A stretch of DNA of 63,768 bases, filler included, from an uncultured bacterium (GTDB taxonomy: Bacteria > Hinthialibacterota > Hinthialibacteria > Hinthialibacterales > Hinthialibacteraceae): NCBI GenBank assembly GCA_964449065.1. It is 11 parts of 11 records of this genome, joined end to end, with 100 filler letters (N's around TTAATTAATTAA, not from the genome) between each part and the next. Parts side by side here need not be neighbours in the genome. Positions count along the whole stretch, not along the records: positions 17,908 to 23,720 come from CAYVAZ010000329.1; positions 23,821 to 29,581 come from CAYVAZ010000330.1; positions 29,682 to 35,382 come from CAYVAZ010000331.1; 8 more parts are not named here. The stretch is one strand, 5' to 3'. Made by a program: the position numbers and the translations under genes. The notes below the pieces were generated by a model. That model was not told the origin of the DNA and searched no databases. It saw nothing but the letters and a program-made list of their open reading frames with translations. Of this stretch, positions 22,022-33,380 are shown one piece after another. Numbering within the stretch: position 1 is the first letter of the stretch; every line of letters begins with the position of its first letter.

Positions 22022-22050
22022 TTGAGTGGTTTGCGTGCTTATTGTACAAT
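22022..22050 (+). promoter_or_regulatory. Putative sigma70 promoter
   Basis: TTGAGT-N17-TACAAT. Confidence 0.4.
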
Positions 22051-22227
22051 GACAACGATTTATACTTAATAAGTTCGATCCGGTGTCATGAGACAGACTG
22101 GTGGGCTGCCGGATTAAGATGACTCTTAACCGTTTACTCTACTTCACGCTTGAGGGTTTGAAGCGGTATCGTGGTCGTAAGAGTGACGAGCCTACCCTAC
22201 CAATACTGATGTATGGAGAATGATATC

Positions 22228-23720
22228 ATGCGCGGTACACCCATCGGCATTGTAATGCTTAACGACGAACGTGAGCATGTCTACACCCAAAACAATCCGG
22301 AAAACATGAAGGTAGTCAACGCCTGGGCCGATCTGATCAAAAAGAAAGTGAAGAATGCTGATGGTACCGCGCCTGAAGTGGTGGTGGGCAGTGAGATTAT
22401 TGTTGGGACTCGCTCCGCGCAAAAGGTGGGTGAGGAACTTTCGCGCGCTAACTGCAAACAGATCATCATGCTGTACAACGTATGGAACTTCCCGTTTTTG
22501 TGCTGGCCGTTTTTGAACAGCCTGGGCGATGTTCCGGTTTTGAGTCTGTCTAACAACAACGGAGAGTTTCCCGGGAATGTTGGATTGTTGGCAACGGACG
22601 GCGCCCTGCGTCAAGCGGGGAAACGCACCCACCGCGTCATCGGCGAATTGAAAGATAAAAAGACGCAAGAGAAAGTGATTGCGTGGATTCGCGGAAGCCA
22701 AGCCGCGACCACGATCCACAACGAAGTCTTCGGCTGCTACGGCGGGCACTCGATGGGGATGGAGACCGGGTTCGCGCATCTGACCCCGACGCTGAAATCG
22801 TTGGGATGCACCATCCGCCAGATCGATCAACTCTGGCTGGTGAAGGTGATGGAAACCATTGACCAAACCGAAGTCACCAAGGGCCGCAAATGGTTCGAAG
22901 AACTACTGGGCAAACGGTTGAAGTATGACGGGCACATGTTGACCGAACAAACCTTGGAAACGCAAATCCGTCTCTACCTCGCGATGAAAGAAGTGAATGA
23001 AGACAAAGGCTTTGACTTTTGCGGGCTCAAAGGCCAGCGTGAAATGACGGAGCATGTATGCCTTGGCGATGTCCCGGAAATGATCATGAACGATCCGTAT
23101 GATTGGAACGGGGCGAAAGAATCGGTGGTGTGCTCGACCGAGGCGGATGTTTACGGCGCGATCTCCATGCAGTTGCTGAAGTATATCACCGGCGGATTGC
23201 CCACTCTGTTTATGGATGTGCGCTTGTATCATCCCAAACTCGATTTGTGGGACTTCGTGAATTCCGGCAATCACTCCAGTTGGTACGCGGCGCGCAGCTT
23301 CAAAGCGGAAGAGAACTTTAAATCCATTACCTTTCACCCGGCGTTGGAGTATTACTTTAAAGCGGGCGGAGCATCGGTTGAGTTTGATGCCGCGCCCGGC
23401 AAGTTGACCTTTTGCCGTTTGGGCTTGTGGGATGAAAAGCCGTATATGATTATTGTGCGAGGCGAACAAGCGAAACTTCCGCAAAAAGAGCGGAACAAAC
23501 TCAACAAGATGACCAACCCCACCTGGCCGCATGTCCACGCCAAATTGGAATGCGGGTTTGAGGAATTCACGAGTGTGTTTCCGTGCAACCATATTTTGGG
23601 TGTGGATGGGGATTGTGTGCAGGCGTTGGTTTATGTGTGCGAGATTACCGGCATCAAGCCCATCGTACTGGGCAAATCCAAAAAGGGTTTGGAAACGCCG
23701 ATTTGGGAGATGGTGGGTTA
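22228..23720 (+). CDS. L-fucose isomerase-family protein (stop codon clipped by linker)
   Basis: GGHSMGM, GQRE, NDPYDWNG, TEAD, FMDVR, NSG, WPH and NH motifs. GGAG SD before the ATG at 22228. Confidence 0.85.
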
Positions 23721-23820
23721 NNNNNNNNNNNNNNNNNNNNNNNNNNNNNNNNNNNNNNNNNNNNTTAATTAATTAANNNNNNNNNNNNNNNNNNNNNNNN
23801 NNNNNNNNNNNNNNNNNNNN

Positions 23821-23966
23821 ACAGATTGCTTCGTTTGATTGCCAAGGAAAATACTTCTTTAAAACCGGTTGAATCATTCTGGTTTATGGTTCTCTTCGCA
23901 CCCCCTCTGTCCTCCTTGCGTCGGACATCTCCCCCAAATGCTTTGGGGGAGACAAAGGCTTTTGCG
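23821..23966 (+). repeat. Repeat family R3 copy
   Basis: Matches 8289-8421. Confidence 0.85.
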
Positions 23967-23990
23967 GGTTGGAAGCATGCGCCACATTTT

Positions 23991-24274
23991 AAACCGCGAA
24001 TGCACGCGAATTCACGCGAATAACAGCGGGGGTATTTTGGATTGCCGGGGAAGAAAAGGATTCAGCCTTTCTTTTGCTGAGGTGTATCGCGCGCGAATTT
24101 AACAAACCTCATAGCAAGTGGAATGAACGGGTGCTTCCGGCTCGGCGGGAGCCTCGCCCTCCCAGGGATTGCTTAGCAAGTGGTGGGGTACACTTCGTTT
24201 TGGGCTTACCTTACAGTTTCATTGTCCGGTATGGTTGCGTGAAAGATCACTCACTTTTTAAATGCAGCTTGGTG
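23991..24274 (-). repeat. Repeat family R2 copy
   Basis: Reverse complement homologous to 7984-8243. Confidence 0.8.
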
Positions 24275-25618
24275 CTACTTGTCTTCTTCGCGTTTGGTGG
24301 CGCTGGCCATGCGTTTGACTTGGTCTTTGCTGTCTTCCTTTGCTTTCTCCGGCTGCTTCACAATCTTAATCTTCCGCTTTGAGGCCCCTTTCAGTACATC
24401 ATAAATACGCCCATGCACCGAGCCTTCTTCGGTCAAGCGGCTTAAAGCCGATTCCACCATTGACGATTGCACTTCCGCCAAACTCTTTTGGCTGTTGATC
24501 ACATCGATTTCTTTGCGGCGTTTTTTGTAATCGTCTTCCAATGCCGCTTTTTGGTCAATCACCTTTTTGTATTCATCGGAAGAGGTATCCAACCGGGTGG
24601 TTTTGGTTTCAATCTCCATCATGATCCGTTCGTATTCCGGGAGGAATTTTGCAAAACCTTCTTCCATATGCTCAGCGGTGTAGTTTAACACATCCGACTG
24701 CAGATTCAGGATGTTGTGTTGTTTGCGCAGCATTTCTTCCTGCATCGACTGCATCAAGCTGAAGTCATAGGCCACGATTCGCTTTGACTGGTTGTAGTCT
24801 TTCAAGTGCCTGCCAATGCGTTTGATGATATCCGGCGCGAGGTTGGGCGGAACAATATCCAACTTAATCAAGATCAGCGAGCGGATTAAATTTGGGATCA
24901 AATTCAACGCGGGATACTTGGTCATGTACTCATTGATGCGCACTTCCAAATCCAAAAACTCGCGTACGGTTTTATCCAAGGATTTGCTGAGCCGGTCATG
25001 GCGGCGCCGAAAATTTTCCAGCACTTCCGTTTCCGTTTTTTCGTAATTGACTAACTGTTGGATCAAATAGTCGGCAATTTCCAATAGCAAATAACTGGAT
25101 ACTTCATTAAAGTGATTGACATCGAATGCTTGGTCGAGAATGCCGATAAACAACCGGTAGAGCGGGTGCTTGCTGTCAATCAAATCCAAACTGCGCTGAA
25201 TCGCCCGAATTTCTTCCGGCGTGTAGACCATTGAGATTTCGGTGTAGAAGATGGGGGGCGGGATTTGATCGCGGGGCGGGGTAATGTAATCGATCGGCTG
25301 AATTTTCACCGATATGACGCCGCTGGTTGAAAATTGGTACAATTGATTGTGGATATCCAGCAGAGAGGAAAAAAACACCGCGACTTCCTGCTCGCTTTTG
25401 CCTTGAAGGTGTTCATCCAAATTTTGCAGAATTTCATGCAGTTCTTCACGTTTGGATTGCACCAACTGGCGGGGATCGCTTATTTTGGCTTCATCCTCTC
25501 CCGGCAAACCGATTGGTTCATCAACAGACCGGAACGTCGAGAAAATTACCTCGCGCAACGACTCATGCAGGTTGGCGCTTTTTTCGATTTTATAAAATAA
25601 ATCGCTTATCGAATCCAT
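24275..25618 (-). CDS. Hypothetical helical/coiled-coil protein
   Basis: ORF of about 450 aa, charged and heptad-rich at the C-terminus. Start uncertain (25618 or 25666). Confidence 0.7.
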   Translation of the reverse strand: MDSISDLFYKIEKSANLHESLREVIFSTFRSVDEPIGLPGEDEAKISDPRQLVQSKREELHEILQNLDEHLQGKSEQEVAVFFSSLLDIHNQLYQFSTSGVISVKIQPIDYITPPRDQIPPPIFYTEISMVYTPEEIRAIQRSLDLIDSKHPLYRLFIGILDQAFDVNHFNEVSSYLLLEIADYLIQQLVNYEKTETEVLENFRRRHDRLSKSLDKTVREFLDLEVRINEYMTKYPALNLIPNLIRSLILIKLDIVPPNLAPDIIKRIGRHLKDYNQSKRIVAYDFSLMQSMQEEMLRKQHNILNLQSDVLNYTAEHMEEGFAKFLPEYERIMMEIETKTTRLDTSSDEYKKVIDQKAALEDDYKKRRKEIDVINSQKSLAEVQSSMVESALSRLTEEGSVHGRIYDVLKGASKRKIKIVKQPEKAKEDSKDQVKRMASATKREEDK

Positions 25619-25675
25619 AGAATGTACACGTAACGTAAGTTTATATTGGCATTTTACCCGATTCAAACGTTATCC

Positions 25676-27424
25676 CTACTCTTCCACATCACTTTTTCCA
25701 TCAAGCCATTCGATCAGCTGGGCAATGCGGTGTTTGTAGGTGTGATGCATCAACACCGTTTCTCTTCCATGCCGCGCGATCTCCGCCCGTTCGTTTTCAT
25801 GCTGCCTATAGTATTCAATCGTTTCCGCCAATTCGCTGGGAGTATGAAACACGTCTAAATCCTTGCCGATGGTAAAGAATTCTTCTAATACCGGCCGGTA
25901 TTGGCTGAGCAAAAATCCCCCGCACGCCATCACATCATATACCCGCATCGGAATCCCTTCATCAATTTGGGGATGAAAAAGGTGCAGGTTGATTTTGGAG
26001 GCCGCATACACTTCCGGTGTTTGGGTTTCATAATCCAGTGAATATCCCACATAAGATTGAGCCAAATTCCCGGTAAATTCCCGCTTGCCCCACAACGCGT
26101 CACCATAGATGGCAAGCCCATACGGCTGTGCGGCGGAGAGGTAGGATACCCGCAACCGGTTGGCTGCCAGTTGCAGCACAAACCGGATAAACTTCGGTTC
26201 TTCTTTGGGATTCAAATGCTGGGTCTTCTCAATCAACTCTTGCTGAAACTCCAAAGGGGATAATTCCCACCCGGTGCGGATCGCTTGATTGATGATTTGC
26301 ATTAACTGCATAGACCGCTGCCGGTCTTGCGCAATATACTGCATCGAACGCCGTAATCCCGTTGCCCCCACAAACGTAATGGGAGCTGGAGGCTGCAAGG
26401 TTTCTTGCGGTTCAAAGCGTTCGAATCCGGTCGCGGCCGGTAGATATCCGGCCCGTGTGCCGAATATAGGCTGCAAATACCGCAAATGACCACGGTCAAA
26501 GGTTAAGGCAAGATCAAACGATTCACGCATCGAAGGATCTAAATCGTACACCCGGTCATAAAACCAGCAAACACGCTTTACGCCCTCATGTCCCATATCC
26601 GCCAATTCCTCCGGATGGAACAAACTGCCATAAAACCCCAAAGCGATTTCCGGAATAATGCCGCACGTCTGTTTCCAAGTATTCATCCCACGCAAAAACC
26701 TGCTCAGGGCGGGAGACCGCTCCGCGCGCACGGTTGAATAGCCCAATGCTTCCGCGCCGCGCAAAACCGCCGCGAACACATTTTCCGGACTGCGCGACAT
26801 CACACAAAAAGCCCGGCTCTTTTGATAGACTGCCGGCTGTTTTGGAGTTGCCTGCAACATTGCTTGCAACTGATGCATGGATGCTTGATCCGTCTCGGAC
26901 AGCACGGAACCTGGAAGGATTCGATTGCCATTGGTAACCAATTGGGGATACCGTTGAATTATATCCCGCGTTTGAGAGAACAAATCTTCATCCGTAACCA
27001 GCAGACACAATTCCGCATCCAGCAGCATGGCGCTGTCCCAGCGGCACAGCCATTCCCACAACAAGCCCAAGCGGTTTTCGCACACAATGAGACGGCATTG
27101 GGAATATTGCTCCCGCAAGAGTCGAGGCACATATCCCAATCCCGCTTTCCATACGATTACGGTTTGCGGAGTGGAAGCCGCAAGCACCCCCGCCCAACCG
27201 TTCGCTTGGCGCAGGGGATCCTGCGGGCCGTGAATCCATTCCCGGTCCGAAGCACATTCTTTCCATGCAGTCACGATGGAGGGCGTTATTTCTTCCAATT
27301 GATACGCGCTTGGCTGTCCGGATTGTTTCTGCGCGGACACTTGTTTCTCCAAACGGGGGACAAAGTCCGGATACAAATTTCGCAGGCGGTGTATATGGGT
27401 GGAGCTTGAAAATGGGAGGTTCAT
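25676..27424 (-). CDS. CgeB-family glycosyltransferase with Maf-like N-terminal region
   Basis: YAASKINL, MRVYDVMACGGFLL and HTYKHR motifs. WIHGPQDP and AGLGY. Paralogue of 9742..11556. Confidence 0.8.
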   Translation of the reverse strand: MNLPFSSSTHIHRLRNLYPDFVPRLEKQVSAQKQSGQPSAYQLEEITPSIVTAWKECASDREWIHGPQDPLRQANGWAGVLAASTPQTVIVWKAGLGYVPRLLREQYSQCRLIVCENRLGLLWEWLCRWDSAMLLDAELCLLVTDEDLFSQTRDIIQRYPQLVTNGNRILPGSVLSETDQASMHQLQAMLQATPKQPAVYQKSRAFCVMSRSPENVFAAVLRGAEALGYSTVRAERSPALSRFLRGMNTWKQTCGIIPEIALGFYGSLFHPEELADMGHEGVKRVCWFYDRVYDLDPSMRESFDLALTFDRGHLRYLQPIFGTRAGYLPAATGFERFEPQETLQPPAPITFVGATGLRRSMQYIAQDRQRSMQLMQIINQAIRTGWELSPLEFQQELIEKTQHLNPKEEPKFIRFVLQLAANRLRVSYLSAAQPYGLAIYGDALWGKREFTGNLAQSYVGYSLDYETQTPEVYAASKINLHLFHPQIDEGIPMRVYDVMACGGFLLSQYRPVLEEFFTIGKDLDVFHTPSELAETIEYYRQHENERAEIARHGRETVLMHHTYKHRIAQLIEWLDGKSDVEE

Positions 27425-27443
27425 GCAACGTACACGTTTCGTC

Positions 27444-28439
27444 TCAACTGGAATCGGGCTGCAGAAAGACTTCCTTCATCTTGTTGTAATCGCTTAGTTC
27501 GCGCTTCGGTTCCGGATAGGATATCAAATGATCCAAGATCACCTGCACAATATCTTCCCCCGCGTCTGGGTCTTCGCCCAACACGGTTTCTTCCAACAAT
27601 TGCTCCACAATTTGCTTGGCCCGCAGGTATTGGTTGTCGGGATTGAGTTCCTGCCACAAGCCGCTATCCACCAGCATGGCAATGAGTTCATGCCGGTGCA
27701 TGTTGACATAGCCCTCGCCTTGGGCAAATTGCCGGCATTTGTTCAACAAATACCGTACCGATAAAAACAAGCGAACGGTGGTTGGCTGCGAGATTTCTTC
27801 GTTGGCATATTCTTCTTTGGCAAACATAATAAATTCTACCAAACGGTTGGAATCCACCGCGTTGATACGCCGGCCTTCCAACTCGATTAATTGCACCTCA
27901 TGCAGGCGCTGCAGGATAATCGACATTCGCTGCACAGAAACCAAATTGAGGAGTTGCAGGTTTTCTAAAAAGGACAGGCACAATTGTTCCGGCGAGGCTT
28001 CGATGCGGGAACACAACCGTAACAAGGTACAAATCCGCAGCCAGCATTGCGGGGATTGAATGTCGCTGGATTTTCGCAGCAGTGCGTGATTCTGTCTCAA
28101 TTTGTGGCAGATCAACTTCATAATAACTTCCGCAATCTCGGGAGAGCGCCGAATGATGGTGCGGATGCGGGTTCTGTCCAGCACAATCAACACACAGTCG
28201 TCAATCGCGGTCACCGTCGCGGAGCGGGGCGCGTCATCCAAAATCGCCAATTCACCAACAATATCCTTCGCACCGGTCTCGCCTAAAACTGTCTTTTTGC
28301 CTTCCAACTCTTTTTCGACCAGCAGGCGGCCTTTCACAACAAAGTATGCGCACTGGCCGATCTCACCCTCGGTCATAAGGATGGTGCCCTTGCGCACTTG
28401 GATGGTCTCCTTCGCGAGTTCTTGTAAAGCGTTTGCCAT
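27444..28439 (-). CDS. cNMP-binding (Crp/Fnr-like) domain protein
   Basis: EGE.G..AY.V.KG and GELAILDDAPRSATV motifs. Confidence 0.85.
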   Translation of the reverse strand: MANALQELAKETIQVRKGTILMTEGEIGQCAYFVVKGRLLVEKELEGKKTVLGETGAKDIVGELAILDDAPRSATVTAIDDCVLIVLDRTRIRTIIRRSPEIAEVIMKLICHKLRQNHALLRKSSDIQSPQCWLRICTLLRLCSRIEASPEQLCLSFLENLQLLNLVSVQRMSIILQRLHEVQLIELEGRRINAVDSNRLVEFIMFAKEEYANEEISQPTTVRLFLSVRYLLNKCRQFAQGEGYVNMHRHELIAMLVDSGLWQELNPDNQYLRAKQIVEQLLEETVLGEDPDAGEDIVQVILDHLISYPEPKRELSDYNKMKEVFLQPDSS

Positions 28440-28651
28440 AATCAAAGACCAAATAAACGGTTTTCCATTGTAACTATATGAATGGCCGGCAATAAATACC
28501 GATTTAATTTACTATTGTAACCTTAATTTGCAATCCAAATAGATTCACCTTCAGAATAATTTTAATTGAAGCATAATAAGCGTTTGTGCGTTTACACGGA
28601 ATTCTGAGTTTAAAAGTGTACCGTTATTGATTCTGTAACGGGAAGGAATGA

Positions 28652-29581
<930 letters not shown>

Positions 29582-29681
29582 NNNNNNNNNNNNNNNNNNN
29601 NNNNNNNNNNNNNNNNNNNNNNNNNTTAATTAATTAANNNNNNNNNNNNNNNNNNNNNNNNNNNNNNNNNNNNNNNNNNNN

Positions 29682-29736
29682 TCAGCGAACGATTAGAAAA
29701 ATGGGCATATCATAATGTAGTGCGTAACGTGAGTTA
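29682..29736 (-). repeat. Repeat family R1 partial copy
   Basis: Reverse complement is near-identical to 35243-35296. Confidence 0.85.
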
Positions 29737-29737
29737 A

Positions 29738-30601
29738 TCATTTGGCTGCTGGCAATTTCACACTTTGCCGGGGATCGAGCGCGTCGCGCAGGCCTTCACC
29801 CAAAAGGTTGAAGCCCAACACCGTGACAGCCAATGCCAATCCGGGGAAAAGCGACGCCCACGGCGCCACGCGGATGGATTGCGTTTCATAATTAATCATG
29901 CTTCCCCAGCTAGGTGTGGGCGGCTGCGCTCCCAATCCCAAAAACGAAAGCCCCGCTTCTGACACAATAGCCTGTGCAAGCCCCATCGTCCACCAAATTA
30001 AAGCGGGGACATAAGCATTGGGGATAATATGCAGCAAAATGATCCGTGCATCTCCCGCGCCGTACGCTTTTGCCGCTTTTACATATTCCATCTCTTTGGT
30101 GACCATTACCTGCGAGCGCATCAGCCGGGCCATACTCGCCCACATTACCGCAGAGAGCGCGATAAACACAGAAAACAATCCCTCGGTAAATACAATCGCA
30201 ATCGCAACCACCAGCAGCAAAAACGGGAACGCAAGGGTGATATCCACAATCCTCTGCAAGATCATATCCACCTTGCCGCCGTAATAGCCGGAGAGGCAGC
30301 CGATAAACATGCCGATGATAAGGCCGGCGGTACGGGTAGTGACACCGATTCCCAATGAGATTTGGGTGCCGTAGATCACACGGGTGAACACATCCCGCCC
30401 CAATTGATCGGTGCCGAACCAATGATCCCACGAGGGCGCGGCATAGCGGTCACGCAGGTTGATTTCGTTTGGATCGTACGGGCACAAGAACGGCGCGAAG
30501 ATAGCCGTTAGGATCAACAGCGATGCAATAATACCTCCGGTGATGATGAATGGATGCATCCATTTTGAATGATGAGTGATGAATGATGATTTTAGAATCA
30601 A
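29738..30601 (-). CDS. Peptide/nickel ABC transporter permease (OppC/DppC-like)
   Basis: HWFGTDQLGRD, EAA-like EYVKAAKAYG, SFLGLG and NLLGEGLRDALDP motifs. Confidence 0.93.
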   Translation of the reverse strand: MILKSSFITHHSKWMHPFIITGGIIASLLILTAIFAPFLCPYDPNEINLRDRYAAPSWDHWFGTDQLGRDVFTRVIYGTQISLGIGVTTRTAGLIIGMFIGCLSGYYGGKVDMILQRIVDITLAFPFLLLVVAIAIVFTEGLFSVFIALSAVMWASMARLMRSQVMVTKEMEYVKAAKAYGAGDARIILLHIIPNAYVPALIWWTMGLAQAIVSEAGLSFLGLGAQPPTPSWGSMINYETQSIRVAPWASLFPGLALAVTVLGFNLLGEGLRDALDPRQSVKLPAAK

Positions 30602-30624
30602 TTTTTTACTCTCGTATATTATTC

Positions 30625-31208
30625 ACTGATGTTACGCTCATCCTGATTGACGAATACTTAAAATGAATTTTGGTTATACACCCAATTTTTTCGTGAAACA
30701 CAAGGTCTTTCTTGTCTTCTTCCTTTGGGCTACTCTCCGTACACAAATCATCTTGAGTCACGGATGTCCCCGAATGATTTGAACCGCGAATACACGCCAA
30801 TAAACGCGAATAACGACTTTGTCGATTCCAGTCCATAGGGTTTCAACCACAATATCGTCTATCATGGACGCGAACAAGCCCAGATTATTTTTATCTCATG
30901 AAATATGGTCTGATAGAAACGAGCAAGTTTACCAGTCTGACTTAGAGATTGACACACCGGCTGGAAGCCGATGCTCCCCACCAATTTAGAACTTTGCGCA
31001 CCATAAAAAACTATGTACGGAGAGTAGTCCTTTGGGAGAAGACAAGAAATGAGGGCGAAGAGAGCAATAGCCCCTTTGACATTATTGCGTATTCATAGAT
31101 TCATAACCCCTCAAACCCTCACCCCAACCCTCTCCCAGTGGGCGAGGGCGATAGATGTAGCGAATACTTCAAATAATGTGCATATCGTAATAAATGCGTA
31201 ACATCAGT
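30625..31208. mobile_element. ~585-bp MITE-like composite element between the two permease genes
   Basis: Perfect 13-bp terminal IR ACTGATGTTACGC / GCGTAACATCAGT. Contains a CGCGAAT 10-mer array, a CCGGCTGGAAGCCGA hairpin and the R1 hairpin. Confidence 0.65.
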
Positions 31209-32134
31209 TAATCGTAACGTACTCTAGGATCAAGATAGGCGTAGAGCAAATCGACGATTAGATTAATGAAAATAAAAAGCAGCGCGAAGAAAAGGACGGA
31301 ACCGTTAATCACCGGGTAATCCCGCTGTTCGATCGCGGTCACCAGATGACGCCCCAAGCCCGGCCAGGAGAAGACTTTTTCCGTTAGTACAGAGCCGGAT
31401 AAATAACTGGCAAAATCCAGCCCGATGATGGTTACAATGGGGATAATCACATTCGCGAAGGCGTGTTTGCCGATCACGATTACCGGATGCAGCCCCTTCG
31501 CTTTGGCGGTCAGCAGATATTCCGCGTGCAGCACTTCCAGCATACCCGCGCGGGTCATGCGGGCGAGGAAGGCCACCGATTGCGTGCCCAACGCAATCGC
31601 CGGGAGGATCAAATACTTCACGCTGCCGTCGCCATAGCCGGAGGGCGGCAGCCAGTTTAACTGTACGCTGAAGAAATAAATCAGCAGCAGCCCCAGCCAA
31701 AAGACCGGGGTGGATATCCCCAAGAGTGAGAGCACCATCGCGATGCGGTCATACCAGGTATTGGGCAAAAGCGCGGAGACCAGCCCCGCTGTAATGCCGA
31801 TCACAACCGCCACCAGCATGGCTGAAAACGCCAAGCGGAATGTGTAAGGGAAGCGTTCCGCGATGATTTGGGTCACCGGGCGGTGGCTGTCGTAGGATAT
31901 CCCCAAGTCTCCCTGGCAGAGGTTCGCCAAGTACATGCCGTATTGCATTGCAATGGGTTGATCGAAGCCATACTTTTCCCGGATATTCTGCTTCTGTTCT
32001 TCGGTGGCGCGCTGTCCCGCCATCGCATCGACCGGGTCACCGGGCGTGGCACGACTGAGGAAGAATGTGATCGTCACCACACCTAAGATCACGGGAATCA
32101 TTAATAGCAAACGTCTTGTTAAATATGTAATCAT
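31208..32134 (-). CDS. Peptide/nickel ABC transporter permease (OppB/DppB-like)
   Basis: PGDP, GDLGIS, TAKAKGL, FSWPGLG, RDYP and LDPR motifs. Confidence 0.93.
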   Translation of the reverse strand: MITYLTRRLLLMIPVILGVVTITFFLSRATPGDPVDAMAGQRATEEQKQNIREKYGFDQPIAMQYGMYLANLCQGDLGISYDSHRPVTQIIAERFPYTFRLAFSAMLVAVVIGITAGLVSALLPNTWYDRIAMVLSLLGISTPVFWLGLLLIYFFSVQLNWLPPSGYGDGSVKYLILPAIALGTQSVAFLARMTRAGMLEVLHAEYLLTAKAKGLHPVIVIGKHAFANVIIPIVTIIGLDFASYLSGSVLTEKVFSWPGLGRHLVTAIEQRDYPVINGSVLFFALLFIFINLIVDLLYAYLDPRVRYD

Positions 32135-32138
32135 AGAG

Positions 32139-32915
32139 TCATTTCAGTTTCAACATTTTTCGCTTCATATCTAAATGCTGTTGTGTTGCAATTCGATTTG
32201 CTTCACTTCGAATGGTTCGGTTACTACTATTTTGAGCATCTAAAATTAATTGATAATATTCTGGGTTTTCATTGAAAAGATATAAAAAACAGGCGATATC
32301 CAGGGTTTGTGTAACACATGCACGCGTTGTGTCATCCATTGTTTTCTGAATTTTAGTTCGATTCTTTTCATCAATAGGCAATACGGTTTTATGTTGTTGG
32401 AATATCTTATTCGACCAAAATGATTCTGTGTTGATCTGGTCTTGAAGGAAGTACGTATAGACTTCCGGAGCGGCTTTTGAATTTAAATAAATAGAATCTG
32501 TAAGTTTAGACAGTAGGCCAATGTAGTAAAAAAGTGTTTCTTGGCTGTTGAAATCATAGTCCCTGTCTAATAAATTTAATATTTTCTTTTGAACCATAAA
32601 AGGATCATCTGAATGGTGTTTTACATAAATATAAAGCGCCGATTGCCAATAACGGCTCTTGCTTTGATCTGCTATCACGTCTTCCAGAAACAAACCAAAA
32701 TCCAATTCCATTTTATTGAGTTCTATATAGACATTATCTACAAATATAGAAGCACCAAAACCACAATAGCCTTCCGGCTTTGGCTGAGTCAATTCATCCA
32801 ATTCGAAATAAAAGTGATTTAATGCTTTTTGTAATTTTTCTTCTTGGGCTGATAGGTATTCATGATTCCCAATTAGCAAAATGACAATTGCATAGAGTTG
32901 AACTAATTTTTTCAT
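32139..32915 (-). CDS. Hypothetical AT-rich secreted protein
   Basis: 258-aa ORF with signal-like N-terminus. Visibly AT-richer than flanks. Confidence 0.6.
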   Translation of the reverse strand: MKKLVQLYAIVILLIGNHEYLSAQEEKLQKALNHFYFELDELTQPKPEGYCGFGASIFVDNVYIELNKMELDFGLFLEDVIADQSKSRYWQSALYIYVKHHSDDPFMVQKKILNLLDRDYDFNSQETLFYYIGLLSKLTDSIYLNSKAAPEVYTYFLQDQINTESFWSNKIFQQHKTVLPIDEKNRTKIQKTMDDTTRACVTQTLDIACFLYLFNENPEYYQLILDAQNSSNRTIRSEANRIATQQHLDMKRKMLKLK

Positions 32916-33050
32916 GATTGATTCCCTACAAAGAATTTTGTGTCGTTAAATATCGACAGAACTTCATATTGCTTCAATTTTGGCTATTAAATAACTCATT
33001 TTACTTGATATTAAAAAATAGCAGGAATTTGTTTGAACAAATAATTGTCA

Positions 33051-33380
33051 TCAGGGTATTCCCAACTGAATTTTAACCGCTGCATTAATCTTTATCATAT
33101 CTTCTTTGGACAATGTTCCTGAACGATTGTATAAGCGCAGCTTACTGACGGTGGTGAGTTGATCCGCCAAGGCTTTGTTTTCTTTACCGTTCAGATACAC
33201 GATTGCTTCACTGGGATAAACGCGGTTTATTTTGGAAGTTAATGGAACCACTTGTACCCGATTCAGATATTGATTTGAACTATTATTGCTTAGAATAACA
33301 GCGGGACGGGTTTTCTTGATTTCACCGCCTATCGAGGGATCAAAATTTACCCACCAAACCTCACCCCTATTCATCTTCAA
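33051..33380 (-). CDS. PemK/MazF-family toxin
   Basis: RGEVWWVNFDP, GGEIKKTRPAVILS, VVPLTS and DQLTTVSK motifs. Confidence 0.92.
   Translation of the reverse strand: MKMNRGEVWWVNFDPSIGGEIKKTRPAVILSNNSSNQYLNRVQVVPLTSKINRVYPSEAIVYLNGKENKALADQLTTVSKLRLYNRSGTLSKEDMIKINAAVKIQLGIP

Noticed and set aside
23680..23720. Fucose isomerase C-terminus ETPIWEMVG as a fourth Trp motif
   Set aside because: Cytoplasmic enzyme with no signal peptide, and the spacing does not fit [VI]xxW.
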